Shown here: piece after piece, positions 44,311 through 54,505 of the stretch
Layout of the letters: each line of letters begins with the position of its first letter
How positions within the stretch are numbered: position 1 is the stretch's first letter
Assembly: GCA_965242925.1 (NCBI GenBank)
Contig: CBDEUM010000018.1
Coordinates: forward strand, 32,001-96,000
Length of the DNA stretch: 64,000 nt
Origin: Roseibacillus sp.
GTDB taxonomy: Bacteria > Verrucomicrobiota > Verrucomicrobiia > Verrucomicrobiales > Akkermansiaceae
Direction of reading: 5' to 3'
Notes under the pieces: generated by a model
Database searches by the model: none
What the model saw: only the letters and a program-made list of their open reading frames with translations
Told to the model about the DNA's origin: nothing
Made by a program: the position numbers and the translations under genes

Positions 44311-47100
44311 TTAATGCGCCTCCAGCCAGTTTGTTCCCGTTCCGGCATCCACCCTGATGGGAACGTCATGGGGAAGAGGGAGAGCCAGCTGCATCGCTTC
44401 CACGATAACCGGGACTAATTCGTCTGCTTCCTCTTCGTGGAGATCGAAGACCAGTTCGTCATGGACCTGCAGAAGCATGCGGCTCCGGTAGTTGCCGTCA
44501 CGCAGGAGTTCCTGCACCCGGATCATGGCAACTTTGATCATGTCGGCGGCACTCCCCTGGATGGGAGTGTTGATGGCCGCCCGCTGGGCATTGCCGCGCA
44601 CGGTGGCATTGGCTGAATTGATATCACGCAGGTAGCGACGTCGGCCGGTGAGGGTCTCAACGTAGCCATTCTCCTTCGCTCCCTCCACCGTGGAATCCAT
44701 GTAGTCCTTCACTCCGGGATACTGCTCGAAGTAGGTGCTGATGATTTCTCCTGCTTCTGTCCGCGGGATGCCCAGCCGTTGTCCCAGGCCAAAGGCCGAG
44801 ATCCCGTAGATGATTCCGAAGTTGACCATCTTGGCAGCACTGCGCATGGCCGGTTCCACGTTTTCGAGGCTGACGCCATGGACCCTTGCGGCGGTGGCGG
44901 AATGAATGTCGAGATCCTTCTCAAAGGCCTCGATCATGCCCGTGTCCCCCGACATGGCGGCCATGATGCGCAACTCGATCTGCGAATAGTCTGCCGAGAG
45001 AAGAATGAAGGCCCCGTCCCGGGGCACGAAGGCGGTCCGGATCTCGCGTCCGAGCTCGGTCCGGACCGGGATGTTCTGCAGGTTGGGATCGCTGGAGGCC
45101 AAGCGCCCGGTGGCTGCCACCAGCTGGTGGAACTGGGTGTGGACGCGTCCGTCCTTGGCCGCCACCCACTCGGGAAGACGGTCGATGTAGGTTGACTTGA
45201 GCTTGGCGGCTTCCCGGTAGGAAAGGATGTCGGCCACGAAAGGGTGCTTGACCGCGAGGGAGGCCAGGGTCTGCTCATCCGTCTTGTATTGTCCGGTAGC
45301 GGTCCTGCGCGGTTTGTCCACAAGCTTCATCTCATCAAAGAGAACCTCCCCGAGCTGCTTGGGAGAGTTGAGATTGAATTCCCGGCCGGCCTGCTCGACA
45401 AGTGACCGGGAGAGGTCATCGATACGCTTCTGCATGCTCTTTCCGCAGGATGCAAGCACCTCAAGGTCGAGGGCGATGCCCTCGTCCTCGATTGCCACCA
45501 GGACGGGAAGAACCGGGGCTTCGATTTCGTAGAAAACGCGCTGTTGTCCCTTTTCCTCGAGGCGGGGGCGCAGTTTGTCAGCCAGTTGGAAAGTGATATC
45601 GGCATCCTCTCCCGCATACTGGGCGAGTTTTTTCACGGGAATGGAGGCCATGTCGATGACGTCCTTTTCCTGGAAGAGGTCCCCCTGGGACGGGCTTTCG
45701 CCTGCCTTGGAGGGGTCCCCCCCGGTCAGTTCGCTCAGTTTGATGGGAGTGTAGGCCAGAAGAGACTCCGCGAGGTAGTCCATGGTGTGGCGCTGGTCGG
45801 GTAGCAGCAGGGTGTGCGCGAGGAGGGTGTCGAAGAAGGGGCCGTTCACGATCATCCCGTGATTGCGGAGGACGGCGAGATCGTATTTGAGGTTGTGCCC
45901 GATCTTCTCCGCCGGGCCTGTCAGCGCGGTCCGGAAGACCTCCAGGGCCTCCGCGTCAGGAAGGGTTGCGAAAATCGCGGTCCCACTCTTCCAGCTGAAT
46001 GAGATGCCGAGCAGCTTCGCCTCGAAGCGGTCAAGGGAGGTGGTTTCGATGTCGAAACAGAAACGCTCCTGACTCTCCAGGGATGCAGCCAGCTTGCGTC
46101 GTTTGGCATCGGTGTCGGCGAGAGTATATTCGGGATCGAGGTCCTTGATGGTTCTGAGGTCGGCAGAGAGGACTTCCTCTCCTTTCTCGTCGACCACCAG
46201 CGCAGTCTTTCCGCGCCCTGCCACGAACTCCTTGCCGAAGAGGCGTCGTCCCAGGGCATTGAACTCAAATTCCGTGAAGAGTGACTTGACCGCCTCATCG
46301 TCGAGTTCCTGCAGGACAAGGTCTTCAAGGCTCTGCTCTACCGGGACATTCTTTATGATGGTGGCGAGTTCCTTCGAGAGGCGGGCCTGGTCGGCATTCT
46401 CAATCACGCGCTCCTTGAGCTTGCCCTTCAGCGCCCCGGTATTCTCCAGCAGGTTCTCCACGGATCCCCACTCGGCGACCAGTTTTTTTGCGGTCTTTTC
46501 TCCCACCCCGGGGATCCCGGGAATGTTGTCGGACTTGTCGCCCATCAACCCCAGGATATCGATGACCTGGTCCGGGCTCTCGATTTCCCAGAGCGCGCGC
46601 AGGGCGGAGAGGTCCACGATCTCGTGGTCATTTCCCCGCCTGCCGGGCTTCCACATGACACACCGTTCCGAGATGAGTTGTCCGAAGTCCTTGTCGGGGG
46701 TCACCATGAAGGTTTCGATTCCGCCTGCCTCATCGGCCTGATGGGCGAGGGTGCCGATGATATCGTCCGCCTCGTAACCATCGAGTTCCAGCAGGGGGAT
46801 ACGGAAGGCCTGGCAGAGGCGCTTGAGATGAGGGAGTGCAGCAGCCAGGTCCTCGGGCATTTCCTCCCGGTTGGCCTTGTATTCCGGGTAGATCTCATGG
46901 CGCGGGGTGGGGGCCCGGGTGTCGAAGGCGACTGCGAGGTGAGTGGGTTTCTCCTTCTCGAGGATGGTCAGGATAGTGTTGGTAAAACCGAAGAGCGCGG
47001 AGCTGTTTACTCCTTTAGAGGTAAAGATGGGGCTGCGAATCAGCGCGAAATGGGCCCGGTAGGCCAATGCCATGCCATCGAGCAGGAAGAGTCGCCGCAT
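44311..47100 (-). CDS. polA: DNA polymerase I
   Basis: LLDG.ALAYRA, YKANR, EADD.IGT, GD.SDNIPG.PG.GEKTA; 3'-5' exonuclease FDIET/HNLKYD/YA.EDAD; TGRL.S.DPNLQNIP, ADYSQIELR, K.VNFGIIYG, QVHDEL. Confidence 0.98.
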   Translation of the reverse strand: MRRLFLLDGMALAYRAHFALIRSPIFTSKGVNSSALFGFTNTILTILEKEKPTHLAVAFDTRAPTPRHEIYPEYKANREEMPEDLAAALPHLKRLCQAFRIPLLELDGYEADDIIGTLAHQADEAGGIETFMVTPDKDFGQLISERCVMWKPGRRGNDHEIVDLSALRALWEIESPDQVIDILGLMGDKSDNIPGIPGVGEKTAKKLVAEWGSVENLLENTGALKGKLKERVIENADQARLSKELATIIKNVPVEQSLEDLVLQELDDEAVKSLFTEFEFNALGRRLFGKEFVAGRGKTALVVDEKGEEVLSADLRTIKDLDPEYTLADTDAKRRKLAASLESQERFCFDIETTSLDRFEAKLLGISFSWKSGTAIFATLPDAEALEVFRTALTGPAEKIGHNLKYDLAVLRNHGMIVNGPFFDTLLAHTLLLPDQRHTMDYLAESLLAYTPIKLSELTGGDPSKAGESPSQGDLFQEKDVIDMASIPVKKLAQYAGEDADITFQLADKLRPRLEEKGQQRVFYEIEAPVLPVLVAIEDEGIALDLEVLASCGKSMQKRIDDLSRSLVEQAGREFNLNSPKQLGEVLFDEMKLVDKPRRTATGQYKTDEQTLASLAVKHPFVADILSYREAAKLKSTYIDRLPEWVAAKDGRVHTQFHQLVAATGRLASSDPNLQNIPVRTELGREIRTAFVPRDGAFILLSADYSQIELRIMAAMSGDTGMIEAFEKDLDIHSATAARVHGVSLENVEPAMRSAAKMVNFGIIYGISAFGLGQRLGIPRTEAGEIISTYFEQYPGVKDYMDSTVEGAKENGYVETLTGRRRYLRDINSANATVRGNAQRAAINTPIQGSAADMIKVAMIRVQELLRDGNYRSRMLLQVHDELVFDLHEEEADELVPVIVEAMQLALPLPHDVPIRVDAGTGTNWLEAH

Positions 47101-47200
47101 GCCGGAGGATTCCGGGGGGAGCTCCTCAGGTCAACGGTTTCCCCCAATTTGACAAATCCACGGAAATAGCCCTTTATTGAGAGGTAGACCATTTATCAAA

Positions 47201-48061
47201 ATGAATAAATATGCCATCTGGGCTGCCGCCATCATCATCAGCTTCTTCGTGGGGCGCGGGATGTACCCACCTCTCAGCGGAGCTCTTCTCGGCGGGGAGA
47301 CGTCCGCGAGCACGCCGCAGGCGTTTCAAGAGGTAAAGTATGGGGCTGGTAGCCGTGAGCTTTTCATCAAGATCAATCTGGAGACCATCGAGGAGGGTGA
47401 GATGCCCGCGACCATCGAGCTGAAGAAACGTACGACCGTTGCCACAAGCGATGGAAGCCAGGAGACAGCGCTTGAGGTGGGAACCACGGTAAATGTTCGT
47501 AAGATGAACGGCTACAACCTTGAGATTTCCCCGGGGGGACCGCTTGTTGGATTCGTTCGCATCGTTGATACCGACTTTGTCGAGCACGTGATTGCCTACC
47601 GGGCGCGCCGTCATTTTGGAAAAGACCCTGCCGTTGCGGACAATTCGGAGCCGCGCCCCGTGCCTCCGCCCACTCTTCCGGAGATCGCGGCCAATACGCC
47701 TCCCAAGGCGGATCCCACCCCGGCTTCCGAACCCAAGCCAGAGCCCGCTCCGGAGCCCGCCGCCCCGGAGCCAGAGCCCGCCCCAGAGCCAGAGCCCACG
47801 AACCTGAACGCCGAGCAGATTGTGGCGGCCATGAAGGAGAGCGTGAAGGGAAGTCGCATCAAGGAGTTCAAGTTTGAGCAGGTGGAAGGCTGGAAGGCCG
47901 GCGAAGAGGAGAACGTGGACGGGGAGATGTACCAGACCGGGTTGGCTGCCTACAAGGCGCAGACCATCTTCGGCGAAAAGACCGTGCAGGCCAAGGCGCT
48001 CATCAAGGAGGGCAAGGTGGTCAAGTGGATCTACGCCAAGACCGGGATGGAAATCCGCTAG
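47201..48061 (+). CDS. Hypothetical membrane-anchored protein with Pro/Glu-rich linker
   Basis: N-terminal TM/signal, small beta domain (LEVGTTVNV...TDFVE), PEP repeats, compact C-terminal domain; host-like codon usage. Confidence 0.7.
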   Translation: MNKYAIWAAAIIISFFVGRGMYPPLSGALLGGETSASTPQAFQEVKYGAGSRELFIKINLETIEEGEMPATIELKKRTTVATSDGSQETALEVGTTVNVRKMNGYNLEISPGGPLVGFVRIVDTDFVEHVIAYRARRHFGKDPAVADNSEPRPVPPPTLPEIAANTPPKADPTPASEPKPEPAPEPAAPEPEPAPEPEPTNLNAEQIVAAMKESVKGSRIKEFKFEQVEGWKAGEEENVDGEMYQTGLAAYKAQTIFGEKTVQAKALIKEGKVVKWIYAKTGMEIR

Positions 48062-48225
48062 GCGGGGTTCCGTTTTGTTCCGGGTTGGCGGCTGGCGGCA
48101 GTGGGAGGGCGAAGGCTCTCATGCTTGCTCCTTCACTTCAGGGAGATGCCCTGTGGTCGGGATGCGGCCCGGGCGATTGCTTTCCGATGTTGCCAGCCCC
48201 CAACCGGCTCCTGGAACCGTTTTCC

Positions 48226-49704
48226 CTAACAGAACCGCGTTCGCAGGTGCGCCAGATAATGCTCGGGATTGGTCCGCTCCCCGGTGACGGACTCCATCAG
48301 ATCCTGGGGGAGCAGGGTGGATCCGGTGGCGTGCACCTTGTCCTGCATCCACTTGAGGAGGGGGAGGTAGTCGGCACGGATGCAGGCGGAGGCGATCTCT
48401 TCGTCGTTGATGGCAGTGTCGTGCAGCTGGGCAGCGTTGAGATTGCCAATACTGTAGGTCGAAAAATAGCCGAGCCCACCCATTGACCAGTGGATGTCCT
48501 GCAGGCAGCCGTTGGCGTCGTCGGGTGGTCGGAAGCCGAAGAGGGATTCGAATTCCGAATTCCACGCCTCCGGGACGTCAGCCACTTCCAGGGTCCGGTT
48601 GAGCAGGCGTCGTTCGATGGAGAAACGCAGGAGAATGTGCAGGTCGTAAGTGGCTTCGTCAGCTTCCACGCGAATACACGAGTAACTCGCACGGTTCACT
48701 CCACGCAGGAAGTTATCCAGGGACATGGTGCGGAGGTTGGGGAAGATCTCCGCTGCCCTTGGAAGCCACTTTTCCCAGAAGGGGCGGGCGCGTCCGACAT
48801 GGTTTTCCCATAGCCGGGACTGGGACTCGTGAATTCCGAGGGAGACCGCCTGCCCCGAGGGCAGGCCGTGTTCGCTTCCGGGCAGGCCTTGGTCGTAGAG
48901 GCCATGGCCGGCCTCGTGCATCACTCCGAAGAGCGAGGAGAGAAAGTCCCGCTCATCGTAGCGGGTGGTCAGGCGGGTGTCACTGGGGCCGAGGTGGGTG
49001 CAGAAGGGATGGGTTACAGTATCGATGCGGCCTGCCTCGAAGTCGAATCCAAGGCTCTCTGCAATTTCACGATTCAAGACCTTCTGATCCTCGATGGGGT
49101 AGTGTGCGTCCAGCAGGTCGGCAGGGGTGGATCTGGAATTCTCAACTGCCTCGCGGGCGATCTCGGCCACCGGTTTGCGAAAACGGTCGAAGAGGCTGGC
49201 CACCTCGGCAGTATCGGAACCACGCTCGTATTCCTCAAGGAGGGCGTCATAGGGCTCGCCGTGGTAGCCCCAGAGTTCGGCCTTCTCCCGGGCGATATCG
49301 AGGAGGTTGTTCAGGGAGGGGGTGAACTTCGAGAAATCAGACTCCTTGCGGGCGGTGACCCAGGCCGCCTTGCCGCGGGAGGAACTTTCGGTGTCACGTT
49401 CCACCAGTTCCCGGGGCAGCCTGGCGGATCGGTCGAAGTGGTGGCGGAACTCCCGCAGGTTGGCCACCACCACCGGGTCGTCACTGCCTTCCGCCTCGGC
49501 AGCTTCCAGGGCGGCGCGCCATCGATCGGAGGTGGCTAGTTCATGGGCCTTTCCCGAAAGCCAGGCCAGTTGACCCGCACGGTAGTTGACCGCGGCGGGA
49601 GGGAGGCGGGTTTCCTGGTCCCAGCCCAGCACCGAGGCAGTGGTGGAAATGAGAGCCCGTTCCCGGGACAGTTCGCACAGAGACTGGTAGGCGCTCGCAC
49701 TCAT
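48226..49704 (-). CDS. Carboxypeptidase M32 (Taq family)
   Basis: L.WDQET, PYDALL..YE, HPF, D.R.TTRY, HEAGHGLY (HExxH), GIHESQS, IRVEADE.TY.LH, GCLQDIHW, GYF.TY..GN. Confidence 0.95.
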   Translation of the reverse strand: MSASAYQSLCELSRERALISTTASVLGWDQETRLPPAAVNYRAGQLAWLSGKAHELATSDRWRAALEAAEAEGSDDPVVVANLREFRHHFDRSARLPRELVERDTESSSRGKAAWVTARKESDFSKFTPSLNNLLDIAREKAELWGYHGEPYDALLEEYERGSDTAEVASLFDRFRKPVAEIAREAVENSRSTPADLLDAHYPIEDQKVLNREIAESLGFDFEAGRIDTVTHPFCTHLGPSDTRLTTRYDERDFLSSLFGVMHEAGHGLYDQGLPGSEHGLPSGQAVSLGIHESQSRLWENHVGRARPFWEKWLPRAAEIFPNLRTMSLDNFLRGVNRASYSCIRVEADEATYDLHILLRFSIERRLLNRTLEVADVPEAWNSEFESLFGFRPPDDANGCLQDIHWSMGGLGYFSTYSIGNLNAAQLHDTAINDEEIASACIRADYLPLLKWMQDKVHATGSTLLPQDLMESVTGERTNPEHYLAHLRTRFC

Positions 49705-49829
49705 GGGCGAGCGCTTAGCGTTCCGGGCCCCCATGGGCAAGGTAAAGCTCGATTTCCTCCTTGTGGGAGGGAGTCCCGATGCCCAGATTAAAACCGGGTG
49801 GAGCAGAGAAAATTCGGAATCCCCCGTTC

Positions 49830-50894
49830 ATGAGTATTGTCAGTAGGAGCTACGCCAGTCCGGATGCCGCCGATGCTCTCAAACGGCAGCGGCGCATGGC
49901 GAGCGTCACCAGTCTGGTCATCGCCATCCTGGTGGTGGCGCTGGTTGCGATTGTCCTTGCTCTCTTCCTCCTGCCCGCCTTCAGGCTGGAGGTGGCTCCG
50001 ATCGTGGCTTATTCGGCGGAGGTGGAGGAAGAGGAGGTTGTCGAGCAGCCTGAAGTTACGCCTCAGGTGCAGCGCCAGCCCGCTGCTCCCAGCTCCACCA
50101 TGGCAAAGGTGATCGCGACCTCTGTTCCCAGCCCCACGGCTGTTCCGGTGCCGGAAACCGATACTCCCGATCCGTCCATGGAATACGGGGACGGCGACGA
50201 CTTCGGTGAAGGCTGGGGAGAAGGATCCGGATCCGGGCTCGGTGGAGGCACCAGCTTTTTCGGGGTAGCTTCCAGGGCGGAGCGCATCGCCTACGTCATC
50301 GACTACTCGGCATCCATGCGAGGGCAGGGGAGGGAGGAGCTGATGCGCAAGGAATTAATACGTTCGGTGGACCGGATCGCCCCCAAGACGAATTACGCTC
50401 TCATCTTCTTTGCCGGTCCGGCGTGGGTGGCGGGGGATGAGGTGGACTGGACCAAGAAGAAGGCGACCGTGACAGGGAAGGGTCGACGGAAATACGACTG
50501 GAAATCGCCCGGCACCGCTCATGAGTGGAAACAGGTCGGTGAGAAGGAACCCGTTGACTGGCTCAGAGCTACCGACGGACAGCTCTCCAAGTCACGCAAG
50601 ATCATCAAGGAGACCCGCCTGGTGTGGGGGACGCGCTGGGACAATCCCCTCCAGATGGCCCTCGACATGGATCCTCCGCCCCAGGTCATCTACTTCATGA
50701 CGGATGGTTCGGCCAGGGGGTCGGACAAGTGGTCGCGCGAGATCGGAGCCAGGGCCAGGAGCCGTGGAATCAAGATCAATTGTGTGGCCATGATGCAGCC
50801 CAAGGCGCACGATGACATGGAGGATCTTGCCAAGAGAACCGACGGTCACTTCACCATCGTCATGCAGGGTGGACAGCGAAAGAAGGTGCGCTAG
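49830..50894 (+). CDS. Membrane-anchored von Willebrand factor A domain protein
   Basis: TM helix, E/P-rich linker, Gly-rich hinge, FFG, YVIDYSASM (MIDAS DxSxS), GT.W..PL..AL, IYFMTDG, L...T.G.F. Confidence 0.8.
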   Translation: MSIVSRSYASPDAADALKRQRRMASVTSLVIAILVVALVAIVLALFLLPAFRLEVAPIVAYSAEVEEEEVVEQPEVTPQVQRQPAAPSSTMAKVIATSVPSPTAVPVPETDTPDPSMEYGDGDDFGEGWGEGSGSGLGGGTSFFGVASRAERIAYVIDYSASMRGQGREELMRKELIRSVDRIAPKTNYALIFFAGPAWVAGDEVDWTKKKATVTGKGRRKYDWKSPGTAHEWKQVGEKEPVDWLRATDGQLSKSRKIIKETRLVWGTRWDNPLQMALDMDPPPQVIYFMTDGSARGSDKWSREIGARARSRGIKINCVAMMQPKAHDDMEDLAKRTDGHFTIVMQGGQRKKVR

Positions 50895-52701
50895 ATCCCC
50901 CGCTTCCCTCCTGAATCAATTCGGGGTATGCCGCGGTGGCAACGTTGCTGCAGAGTTGCACGATTTGCTTCGTTTCGGCGGCCTGCAGGCACTGGTCGGC
51001 CAGGGTTGAGCACTTCTCAAAATCGAGCAGGCGGACAGCCTGTTTCACCAGCGGGGCGAGGGGAGCGCCCACCGAGAGTTCATCCACGCCGAGGCCCACC
51101 AGGAGGGGAAGCAATATCAGGTCGCTCGCCATTTCGCCGCATACCCCGGTCCAGATGTTATGCTGAGAAGCCCCGTCGATGACCATCTTGATCAATCGGA
51201 CGACACCCGGGTGGGCGGAGCGATAGAGTTTTGCGACGCGTGGGTTCACGCGATCGACCGCTACCGTGTACTGCACCAGATCGTTGGTTCCGATGGAAAA
51301 AAAGTCGACCTCGGAGGCGATGTCGGCGGCGATCATGGCGGCGGAGGGGACTTCGATCATGGCGCCCACCGCGATATTCTGGTTGAACTCCACTCCGCGG
51401 GCAGTGAGTTCCGCTACACACTCAGCCAGCAGGCTCTTGGCCTGTTTTACCTCCCCGAGCCCGGAGATGAGGGGAAACATGAGCCCGACCCGGCCCGCGG
51501 TGCCGGCGCGCAGAATGGCGCGCAGCTGTTCCTTGAAGAGGTCCTTGCGGTCGAGAGAGAAGCGGATGCCTCTCCAGCCGAGGAAGGGATTCGGTTCCGG
51601 TTCGCTCAGGGGTTCCCCGGGAAGCTTGTCGCCCCCGGCGTCCAGGGTTCGGAAGATCACTTCGCTGGGTGCGGCGCGTCGTGCCACCCGCGAGTACAGC
51701 GCGGCTTGCTCCTCCTCATCGGGGCATTCCTCTTTCTCCAGCAGAAAAAACTCGGTCCGGAACAGGCCCACCCCCTCCGCCCCCGAGCGGTTCACCAGAT
51801 CCAGCTCATCCTCGGACTTGATGTTGGCAGAGAGGATGATTGCGTGTCCGTCGGTGGTGATCGCCTTCAGATCGCGCAACTTATCGAGTTCGGCCCGCCG
51901 GCGCTGGTGCTCTTCTTCCAGTTCGCGATATCTGGCGACCGTTTCCGGGGTAGGATTGGAGATCAATTTGCCCTCGTATCCGTCGAGGATACAGGAATCG
52001 AGGGCGTGCAGATTGAAGACAGCGTTGCGCAGGCCCACCACCGCGGGAATACCCAGGGAACGGGCGAGGATGGCGGTGTGGGAGGTGACGCTGCCCTGTT
52101 CGGTTGCGAATCCCAGTACCTGGTGCCGGTTCATGGTCGCGGTGGCGGAGGGGCTGAGATCGTAGGCTACAAGGATGTGCAGGTGATCAGGATCGTCGGA
52201 AGCGGGTTCCTCGTGTTCCGTGTCAAAATTGCGCAGGACCCGTTGGCAGACATCCTCGATGTCGGTAGTGCGGTCGCGCAAAAAGGGGTCGGGGATGCGC
52301 CGCATCGACTCAAGCTGGTTCTGCATCACTGCGTAGAAGCAGTATTCGGCATTCTGCCGTCGTTCCTCGATGGCCTTGGGCACGCCCGTGAGCACAATCG
52401 GGTCCTCCAGGACCAGCATGTGGGCCTCGAAGATACGTCCTTCCTCGTTTCCGGAGAGGGACTCCATGTGTTCACGGAGACCTTTAAGCTGCCCATGGGT
52501 GCGGCGCAGGGCGTCTTCGAACCTTTCGGTTTCGCGGGCCACGTTGGCGATGGGATAGACGTCGGGAGCCGAAAATCCCCGCGCGACTACATGGATCGGG
52601 CCGAACACGATCCCGCCTGAGACAGGAGTCCCCGCATAGACCATTTCCTTCCTGACTCTGCCCATTGGCCCGAGTTTGACGGGCGGGCGAGGGCTGGTCA
52701 A
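50860..52701 (-). CDS. ptsI: Phosphoenolpyruvate-protein phosphotransferase (PTS enzyme I)
   Basis: G.PVS.G...G, IFEAH..L.D, G..TSHTAILARSLGIPAVVG (phospho-His), GVGLFRTEF, RTLD.GGDK, E.NPFLGWRGIR, MIEVP, SIGTNDL.QY, CGEMA. Start uncertain. Confidence 0.95.
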   Translation of the reverse strand: MTSPRPPVKLGPMGRVRKEMVYAGTPVSGGIVFGPIHVVARGFSAPDVYPIANVARETERFEDALRRTHGQLKGLREHMESLSGNEEGRIFEAHMLVLEDPIVLTGVPKAIEERRQNAEYCFYAVMQNQLESMRRIPDPFLRDRTTDIEDVCQRVLRNFDTEHEEPASDDPDHLHILVAYDLSPSATATMNRHQVLGFATEQGSVTSHTAILARSLGIPAVVGLRNAVFNLHALDSCILDGYEGKLISNPTPETVARYRELEEEHQRRRAELDKLRDLKAITTDGHAIILSANIKSEDELDLVNRSGAEGVGLFRTEFFLLEKEECPDEEEQAALYSRVARRAAPSEVIFRTLDAGGDKLPGEPLSEPEPNPFLGWRGIRFSLDRKDLFKEQLRAILRAGTAGRVGLMFPLISGLGEVKQAKSLLAECVAELTARGVEFNQNIAVGAMIEVPSAAMIAADIASEVDFFSIGTNDLVQYTVAVDRVNPRVAKLYRSAHPGVVRLIKMVIDGASQHNIWTGVCGEMASDLILLPLLVGLGVDELSVGAPLAPLVKQAVRLLDFEKCSTLADQCLQAAETKQIVQLCSNVATAAYPELIQEGSGGSSAPSFAVHPA

Positions 52702-52727
52702 TGCCGACAGGATTCACCTGAGAACGA

Positions 52728-52994
52728 TCAGATTTCCTCGAAGTTTCGGTTCACCAAATCTTCCAGAGCTTTCATAGCATCCTGAGCGTCAGATCCTTCT
52801 ACGATTATATTGATGACGGAGCCATGACCGGCCGCCAGCATCATCAGGCCCATGATGCTCTTTCCGTTCACCTCTTCACCGTCCTTTTCCACCCGGATAT
52901 CGGCTTCGAACTTACTTGCCGTCTTCACGAATTGGGCCGCAGGCCGGGCGTGAATTCCGAGTTTATTGGATATGGTGAGTTCCTTGCTGGTCAT
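52728..52994 (-). CDS. ptsH: Phosphocarrier protein HPr
   Basis: NKLGIHARPAA (His15) and NGKSIMGLMMLAAG (Ser46). Confidence 0.97.
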   Translation of the reverse strand: MTSKELTISNKLGIHARPAAQFVKTASKFEADIRVEKDGEEVNGKSIMGLMMLAAGHGSVINIIVEGSDAQDAMKALEDLVNRNFEEI

Positions 52995-53004
52995 AGACAA
53001 CATC

Positions 53005-53133
53005 TCAGCACGGGAAGTTTAGGTGGCAGCCCGGTTCGGAGGGAAGGCAAAACTCCCCGCCGTTCGTGAAGAACTGGTCATTAGCTTCATCGAACTTGAA
53101 TTTCTGGGTGTTCAATCCGCCGATGCGGGTCAT
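53005..53133 (-). CDS. Candidate 42-aa small ORF upstream of ptsH
   Basis: MTRIGGLNTQKFKFDEANDQFFTNGGEFCLPSEPGCHLNFPC; many C/G-ending codons; stop lies 1 nt before the alternative ptsH ATG at 53003. Confidence 0.25.
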   Translation of the reverse strand: MTRIGGLNTQKFKFDEANDQFFTNGGEFCLPSEPGCHLNFPC

Positions 53134-53336
53134 TTCGGGGAAGGAAGCTCCAGAATCCCGGCCTGAGAACGGGAGCGGACCGCTTTGCCCGGGGGGCAGT
53201 TCACCCGGGGTGGATCCACTGCAATCCGCGGAGGTTGGGAAAGTGGCTCGCCCCCTCGAAAAACGACTCTGCTTCCGGGTGCGGACGATGGCGGGAATGA
53301 GGGTTTTGACCAGGGGATTGCCGGACTCGCGGCTCC

Positions 53337-54302
53337 TCAGATTGCCGGGTCGTTGCCCTGCATTTTGGCGAGGAGCTTCTGGTTGAACTCGTCGGCCATG
53401 TCGTAGCCGAGGCGGCGTAGTTGCAGGTCAAGGGCGGCCACCGTCACGAGGCGGGCGGTGTCGCGTCCGGCGGCCACCGGAATCTCCACGTGGGGAACCG
53501 AGTGGTCGAGGATGACATGGCCTTCGCGGTGTAGGCCCAGACGATCAACATTGTTGAGGTCGCGTTCGTCCTTCAGGGTGACCACCAGGTCGAGTCGTTT
53601 TTCCGGGCGGATGGAGGAAAGTCCGTAGAGGTTGGCTGCGTTGATGATGCCGATACCGCGCATCTCGATGTAGCCGCGGGCCAGATCCGGACAGGAGGCG
53701 ATCAATTCGTCGCCGTGGCGTTTTATGCGAACCATGTCGTCCGCTACGAGAGCGCCACCCCGTTCGAGGAGACCAATGGCGGTTTCGCTTTTTCCTGATC
53801 CGCTGCTGCCAATGATGAGGATGCCCACGCCGCGGAAGTCGACCATGCAACCGTGCAGGGTGGTCGATTCCGAGAACTCCTGTTCGAGGAGAATGGAGGC
53901 GAGGTTGAGGAACTGCATGGTCACCATCGGGGTGCGGAAGATGGTGAGCTTGTACTCGGAAGCGATGGCCAGCAGTTCGTCGGGAAGGATGTGATCGCGG
54001 GAGGTTACGACACAGGGGATGTTCTTTTCACAGACTTGGCGGAAGCGTTGGGCACGCAGGCTGGGGTTGAGTTTTTTGAGATAGGAAGCTTCCGAATTGC
54101 CGATGATCTGGATGCGCTTGTTGGCGAAGTAGGTGAAGAAACCTGCCAGCGCGAGTCCGGGGCGGTTGGGGGCTGGTTCACGGATGGTTCGTTCGAAGCC
54201 GTCCTGCGAGTCACCGACCAACCTGAGCTTGAGGGCCTCATGGTGGCGTTCGTAGAAGCGGCTCACGCTGATGGAGGTGATCTTTTTCACCCGGGATGCC
54301 AT
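53337..54302 (-). CDS. hprK: HPr(Ser) kinase/phosphorylase
   Basis: NRPGLALAGFF, RIQI.G..E, LHG..VD..G.G.LI.G.SG.GKSE.A..L..RG..LVADD.V, E.RGIGII, IPV..GRD. Confidence 0.96.
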   Translation of the reverse strand: MASRVKKITSISVSRFYERHHEALKLRLVGDSQDGFERTIREPAPNRPGLALAGFFTYFANKRIQIIGNSEASYLKKLNPSLRAQRFRQVCEKNIPCVVTSRDHILPDELLAIASEYKLTIFRTPMVTMQFLNLASILLEQEFSESTTLHGCMVDFRGVGILIIGSSGSGKSETAIGLLERGGALVADDMVRIKRHGDELIASCPDLARGYIEMRGIGIINAANLYGLSSIRPEKRLDLVVTLKDERDLNNVDRLGLHREGHVILDHSVPHVEIPVAAGRDTARLVTVAALDLQLRRLGYDMADEFNQKLLAKMQGNDPAI

Positions 54303-54505
54303 GGCCCCAAGGTAGTGCGTCCGGGGAAATATCTAAATGCTAAATCTCAGTTTCGAGACCTCAAACCACGGATTTCGGAGTCCAGGGGCGGACCGGACCT
54401 GCTCTTGGGCAGGAGCAGTGGCATTATGAGCGGTAATCCCTGGGGGTGTGCTGCGTGCGATGTCTTGCGGGGATTGGCGAATTCCCCAATGCAGGATCCC
54501 GCTGT

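Noticed and set aside
50860..50894. 35-nt convergent overlap between ptsI and the vWA gene
   Set aside because: It involves only a non-conserved C-terminal tail of enzyme I; common in compact genomes.
54303..54505. tRNA, 6S RNA or riboswitch in the larger intergenic gaps (also 59578-59815, 5820-5988, 44160-44310)
   Set aside because: Only short generic stems; no T-loop/cloverleaf or riboswitch consensus recognised by eye. An Infernal/Rfam scan would be needed to exclude them fully.
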